A stretch of DNA of 64,000 nucleotides from Thermoplasmatota archaeon (GTDB taxonomy: Archaea > Thermoplasmatota > E2 > DHVEG-1), in the NCBI GenBank assembly GCA_041550515.1, contig JBFEOQ010000001.1:50998-114997 (forward strand), read 5' to 3'. The number at the start of each line of letters is the position of its first letter. Positions within the stretch are counted from its first letter, which is position 1. The notes beneath the pieces were generated by a model. The model was not told where the DNA came from. It was given only the letters and a program-made list of their open reading frames with translations, and did not search any database. The position numbers were made by a program, and so were the translations under genes. This document shows positions 59,700 to 64,000 of the stretch, piece after piece.

Positions 59700-61940
59700 T
59701 TATTTTTTTGAATTTTTTGAACCTGGTGGTGGAGGAATATAATATTCCTCCTCTTCATAACCTGTTGTATCTTCGATAGGTTCTATTGGTTTGGATGGTT
59801 TTTTTCTTTTTTTGCGTTTTTTTCTGAAAATTATTATTACTATTATTAAAATAAAGGCAATTATTATAGATATTATACATGGTGTGAGCAGAGCAATTAT
59901 AAATAAAATATTTGGTTCAATTGTTATTGTGGCATCAATTTCTGTATTTGCTTCTTCGGGTGTAAAAGTTATTTCTATATATTGTTTTCCTCCTAGTGTT
60001 TCATTTATATATACTTTTTCATTATTGTTGAGTAAAGAGATTTTAATTCCGTTTGGGAAGATAATTCTATAGGTTACATATTGATTTTCTAAACCAATAA
60101 ATTTGTAGGTCTGATTATTGATTTTTATCCCTGGAGGAATTATTGATAATTTAAATTTCATTGGATATGGTGTATGTGAATATATTTGTGTTTTTAGTGG
60201 TTCTTTGTCATCCATTGTTGTTATGTCGCTATCCCATTGTAAGGAATTTTGGAATATCTCTTTGTTAATATTTCCTTTTGCATCTAAGCCTATGATTATT
60301 TGGTTAATTATTTGTTCAAAAATATTTTTTTCATTTGTTAAAAATGTACTAATTTCTTCTTCATTAAACACATTTTCTTCTATACATAATTTTAAAGCAT
60401 CTGCGTTCAGATATGTAATATCTATTGTTTTGGGTAAATCAAATGGGGTTGGTAGTCTTGTAACTTTATAGCTTTTTTCCTCGTTAATCTTCAAACCAAA
60501 ATTTAATTCTGTATTTCCTGTGAAGAAGCTAAGTAGATTTAAGTCAGTTGTTTCTGCTTCTATCTCTATTATAGTATTTATTATTGGTTGAGTATATTCA
60601 GGGCTTTTGTTTGAAAACATTAGTCCTGAAAAACTTATATTTTTATTATCCCATGTATATATATTTTCGTTATTTATATTAATGTTTAGTGGCAATTTAA
60701 GAGTTATATTATAATTATAAAAGAGATCATCCAGATTATTACCAAAATTTATAGAATTAGGTGTAATATTGGATTTTGCACCAGCATTAATAAGGCCATA
60801 CAATGCTTTTGAAGATATATCATTAAGTATTAATTGTATATCATCATCTTTTAATAAGGCTTTTACAGGGGGATTTTTGTCCATTTTATTTATATTAAAT
60901 GGATCTGAGCATTCATCTGTAGTAGTGTTATCAAATTTAAAGTCAAATGTTAATGTTTGGTTAAAATCAGACTGTACAATAGTATTTTTAATATTTTCTT
61001 GAATGTCTTTTATTGTTTTTTGATATATTTCACCCCATGTTATCATACCATTCTTAACAAATAATCTTACACCATCTGAAGGAACAAACTCGATGTTAGT
61101 AATAAACTCTGGTAAAAAACTATAATTTGTTAAACTCATACTATTAATAATTATCTCAGATTCTAATGAGGCAGGTTCTATTTGCGAATTAATAATAAAA
61201 CCAATAGAAATGTCTTCCTTTTCTTCATAAGTAGTTGGATTCTTATTACGTAAAATAAAAAAAGCATCTAATGAAGGTAAGTCCCCCTCGCTATTTCTAA
61301 CATTCCATTCTATGATATTATTATTTATACTGCCATCAGTAAGTTGATATTCTAATTTTTCACCTAAATTAAAAGAGTATATTATATCCCATCCCGGATC
61401 TGCTTTAAGATTTAAATCATATCTCACTCTTGCTCCAACATCAAGTAAACCATTTATTAACTCATGTGAGTTAATCGTTTGATTTATATCAAAAAAATTT
61501 GAAGTTAAATTAACTATATATTCATCATAAAAATTATAGTTTTCATAGTTTAATAATTCAAGTAGAGAAGTTACTTTAGCGTTAATAAAAGTCGCTTGAA
61601 TCTGGTTAAAAATCATCGTTTTTAAAGCATATTTAATTGCACCCATCTGTTCAGAATTAGAATTAGATATAACCTTTATCTCTTCAGCTGAATATGTTTT
61701 CTCAATAGTAGATAATGTTAGTTTGGTAACAAAAATCTCAACATTTATTTTTAAATCTGAAGCACTTTCCATATCTATTTTAAACGTCGCGGATACGATG
61801 TTTTCAACTTCTTCATCTGCTTTTACACTAATATATAAAAAAGAGGATAAAAAGATTGATATAATAAGTAATAAAACTAATACTGGAATTTTAGTAAATC
61901 TCGTTTTAATCCACCTCCAAAAGTTAAGCCGATAGAACAT
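59700..61940 (-). CDS. Large secreted, C-terminally anchored hypothetical protein with internal repeats
   Basis: N-terminal hydrophobic signal, acidic/Asn-rich body, C-terminal TM followed by RKKRKKRKK and a Pro-rich tail. Confidence 0.75.
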   Translation of the reverse strand: MFYRLNFWRWIKTRFTKIPVLVLLLIISIFLSSFLYISVKADEEVENIVSATFKIDMESASDLKINVEIFVTKLTLSTIEKTYSAEEIKVISNSNSEQMGAIKYALKTMIFNQIQATFINAKVTSLLELLNYENYNFYDEYIVNLTSNFFDINQTINSHELINGLLDVGARVRYDLNLKADPGWDIIYSFNLGEKLEYQLTDGSINNNIIEWNVRNSEGDLPSLDAFFILRNKNPTTYEEKEDISIGFIINSQIEPASLESEIIINSMSLTNYSFLPEFITNIEFVPSDGVRLFVKNGMITWGEIYQKTIKDIQENIKNTIVQSDFNQTLTFDFKFDNTTTDECSDPFNINKMDKNPPVKALLKDDDIQLILNDISSKALYGLINAGAKSNITPNSINFGNNLDDLFYNYNITLKLPLNININNENIYTWDNKNISFSGLMFSNKSPEYTQPIINTIIEIEAETTDLNLLSFFTGNTELNFGLKINEEKSYKVTRLPTPFDLPKTIDITYLNADALKLCIEENVFNEEEISTFLTNEKNIFEQIINQIIIGLDAKGNINKEIFQNSLQWDSDITTMDDKEPLKTQIYSHTPYPMKFKLSIIPPGIKINNQTYKFIGLENQYVTYRIIFPNGIKISLLNNNEKVYINETLGGKQYIEITFTPEEANTEIDATITIEPNILFIIALLTPCIISIIIAFILIIVIIIFRKKRKKRKKPSKPIEPIEDTTGYEEEEYYIPPPPGSKNSKK

Positions 61941-62025
61941 GTTATTATTATAAAAACTTTCTATCTTACTAAAAATTTTACGAAACCACTAAAAACAGAT
62001 TATGTATTTTTAAATTTAAGATAAT

Positions 62026-62877
62026 ATGTATATAATTAGTGGTACAGCATCAAATACTATTGCAGAAGAACTATCGCAAATAAAAAAAATTCCAAAGGCA
62101 AATATAATTTCTAAACGATTTCCTGATACAGAGCTTTATATTAGGATATTGGACAATATAAAAAATGAAAACATTGTAATTGTTCAGACAACATACCCTG
62201 ATCAAAATCTAGTAGAATTATTTTTACTTCAAAATGCAGTAAAAGAAGCAGGTGCAAAAAAAATAACAGTTGTTATACCATATTATGGTTATGCTAGACA
62301 GGATACATTATTTCAAACGGGTGAAGCAATTAGTGCTAAAGCTATAGCAGAACTCATAAGCGTTAACGCTGATTTAGTAATAACTATTGATCCTCATAAA
62401 GACCACATTCTTGATTTTTTTACTACAACTGCCAAAAGTTTGACTGCTGTTCCAGAAATAGCAAATTATCTTAAACAAAAAAACTTAGATTTAATTCTTG
62501 CCCCAGATAAAGGTGCATTAAATAAAGCCAAACAAGCATCAAAAATTGTTGGTTGTGATTTTGATTATATGGAAAAAACCCGTATAGATGGAAAAACTGT
62601 TGAAATCAAACCTAAAAACCTAGATGTAAGAGATAAAAATGTGGGAATAATTGATGATATAATATCCACAGGCGGAACAATGGCAAAATCAATAAAAGAA
62701 CTTAAGATTCAAGGAGCAACAAAAGTATATGTGTCATGTACCCATGGCTTATTTGCTGGAGATGCAATTAAAAAGTTAGCTCAGTCAGGATGCGATGAAA
62801 TAATTGCCACAGATACTATATTAAGTAATTATAGTCATGTAAAAGTAGCATCTAGTATTGCTCCATTTATAAAATAA
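62026..62877 (+). CDS. prs: Ribose-phosphate pyrophosphokinase
   Basis: FPD.E.Y.RI, PY.GYARQD..F..GE.IS, APDKGA, DDIISTGGT, THG, TDT. Confidence 0.95.
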   Translation: MYIISGTASNTIAEELSQIKKIPKANIISKRFPDTELYIRILDNIKNENIVIVQTTYPDQNLVELFLLQNAVKEAGAKKITVVIPYYGYARQDTLFQTGEAISAKAIAELISVNADLVITIDPHKDHILDFFTTTAKSLTAVPEIANYLKQKNLDLILAPDKGALNKAKQASKIVGCDFDYMEKTRIDGKTVEIKPKNLDVRDKNVGIIDDIISTGGTMAKSIKELKIQGATKVYVSCTHGLFAGDAIKKLAQSGCDEIIATDTILSNYSHVKVASSIAPFIK

Positions 62878-62952
62878 TTATAAAAATATTCTTTGATAAG
62901 TTATATATAAGACTATATTTTTACGGTGTTGATTAATCTTAGGTGAAAAGTA

Positions 62953-64000
62953 ATGAGAAAAAGAGCTGAATTTAAAAGCAAACCTGTATCATTTGAGTCA
63001 AAACATAAAATTGAAGATAAACCAAAAAAATTCAATAAAAAAAGGATTAATTTAGGTAGAAATTGGTGGATAACTGTAGCTTTAATTAGTATTTTTTTAT
63101 TAGTTTTATTTTTTAATACATATTTCAATTTTACAAGTGAAATCGCGCTATATTCAGAAGGTGAAGGTTATTCTAAGTATTTGTTATCAGGTCCTGATCC
63201 ATATTACAATCTAAGATTAGTTGAAGGAACTAGTAAAACGGGCATATATCCATATTATTCTGATCCAGATCCTTTATTAAATTATCCTTTAGGTCGATCA
63301 GGTAATCGTGCTCCATTACTTAACATGATGGCGCTGGGTTTTAGTAATTTTTTAGCACCTTTTATTGGAGAAACTGAAGCAATAGGTTATTCTATGCAGT
63401 TTGTACCTGCTTTATTTGGAGCATTACTTGTCTTTCCAATATTTTTTATAGGTAAATTACTTTATAATAAAAAAGCAGGTCTCATAGCTGCTTTTTTTGT
63501 TGCGATAATACCTATACATATTGGTTCTGGTCATGGTTCTGCGTATTCTTTATTTGATCATGATTCATTAAACTTATTACTTTTTTTCCTTACTTTCTTA
63601 TTTATGATAATTAGTCTTAAAGAAAAAAATCATATGAAATCAATTTTTTATGCAATTCTTGCAGGTGTCCCACTTGCAGGCTTATCTATGGTTTGGGTTG
63701 AAGCTCAGTTTTTGTATGTTATTATTGCAATTTATGCTGTTGTTCAGATGATTATTGATATATTTTTTAGTAAATTTGAAATAAATGTATTTAGAACAAC
63801 CTCGATTGCTATCTTAACAGGCTACATTATTTCTTTACCAGTTACAATTGCTGATACTGTTGGTTTTACTTTTGATGCGTCATTGTTAATGGTTCTTGTT
63901 GTCATTGGATTTGGCTTTTTATATTATTTATTTGGTATTAAAAAAATTCCTTGGACTATATCATTACCTTTTATTATTATCTCTGGAGTTATTGGTTTTG
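62953..64000 (+). CDS. aglB: Oligosaccharyltransferase AglB (STT3), 3'-truncated by the window edge
   Basis: Not in the ORF track (no stop in window). ATG 62953 after AGGTGA; LSGPDPYYNLR, DPLLNYPLG, FDHD; multiple TM segments. Confidence 0.88.
   Translation, partial: MRKRAEFKSKPVSFESKHKIEDKPKKFNKKRINLGRNWWITVALISIFLLVLFFNTYFNFTSEIALYSEGEGYSKYLLSGPDPYYNLRLVEGTSKTGIYPYYSDPDPLLNYPLGRSGNRAPLLNMMALGFSNFLAPFIGETEAIGYSMQFVPALFGALLVFPIFFIGKLLYNKKAGLIAAFFVAIIPIHIGSGHGSAYSLFDHDSLNLLLFFLTFLFMIISLKEKNHMKSIFYAILAGVPLAGLSMVWVEAQFLYVIIAIYAVVQMIIDIFFSKFEINVFRTTSIAILTGYIISLPVTIADTVGFTFDASLLMVLVVIGFGFLYYLFGIKKIPWTISLPFIIISGVIGF

Overview
A 64 kb window of AT-rich, gene-dense archaeal chromosome. It carries TBP, aRF1, Alba, Cdc6/Orc1, CDC48, tRNA-intron endonuclease, NMD3, AglB and geranylgeranyl reductases. 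Gene content suggests an anaerobic, peptide-fermenting Thermoplasmatota lineage (inferred, not searched). It is mostly housekeeping and metabolic: a nickel-pincer (larE-larB-larC) and NikR locus, peptide and amino-acid uptake (OPT, NSS plus an unannotated MetS-type subunit), IorAB, PycAB, PpsA, NfnAB/SudAB, GdhA, GlnA, and lipid and N-glycosylation genes. I saw no rRNA, tRNA, CRISPR array or mobile element. Main observations: (1) a 1016-aa protein fusing receiver domains to a PEP-synthase-type ATP-grasp and a His-bearing swivel-like domain, with no pyruvate-binding barrel, placed between gdhA and nfnAB opposite glnA, which is a candidate non-canonical phosphorelay for nitrogen/redox control; (2) a likely replication origin with inverted ORB-like boxes beside a cdc6 that appears to start at an ACG codon; (3) a second apparent non-canonical start (ATC) in the NSS transporter; (4) a divergent TBP paralogue in tandem with canonical TBP; (5) a NikR-divergent small membrane protein with a candidate operator; (6) several pseudo-enzymes and structured intergenic elements. 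All family assignments are by motif recognition, without database searches.
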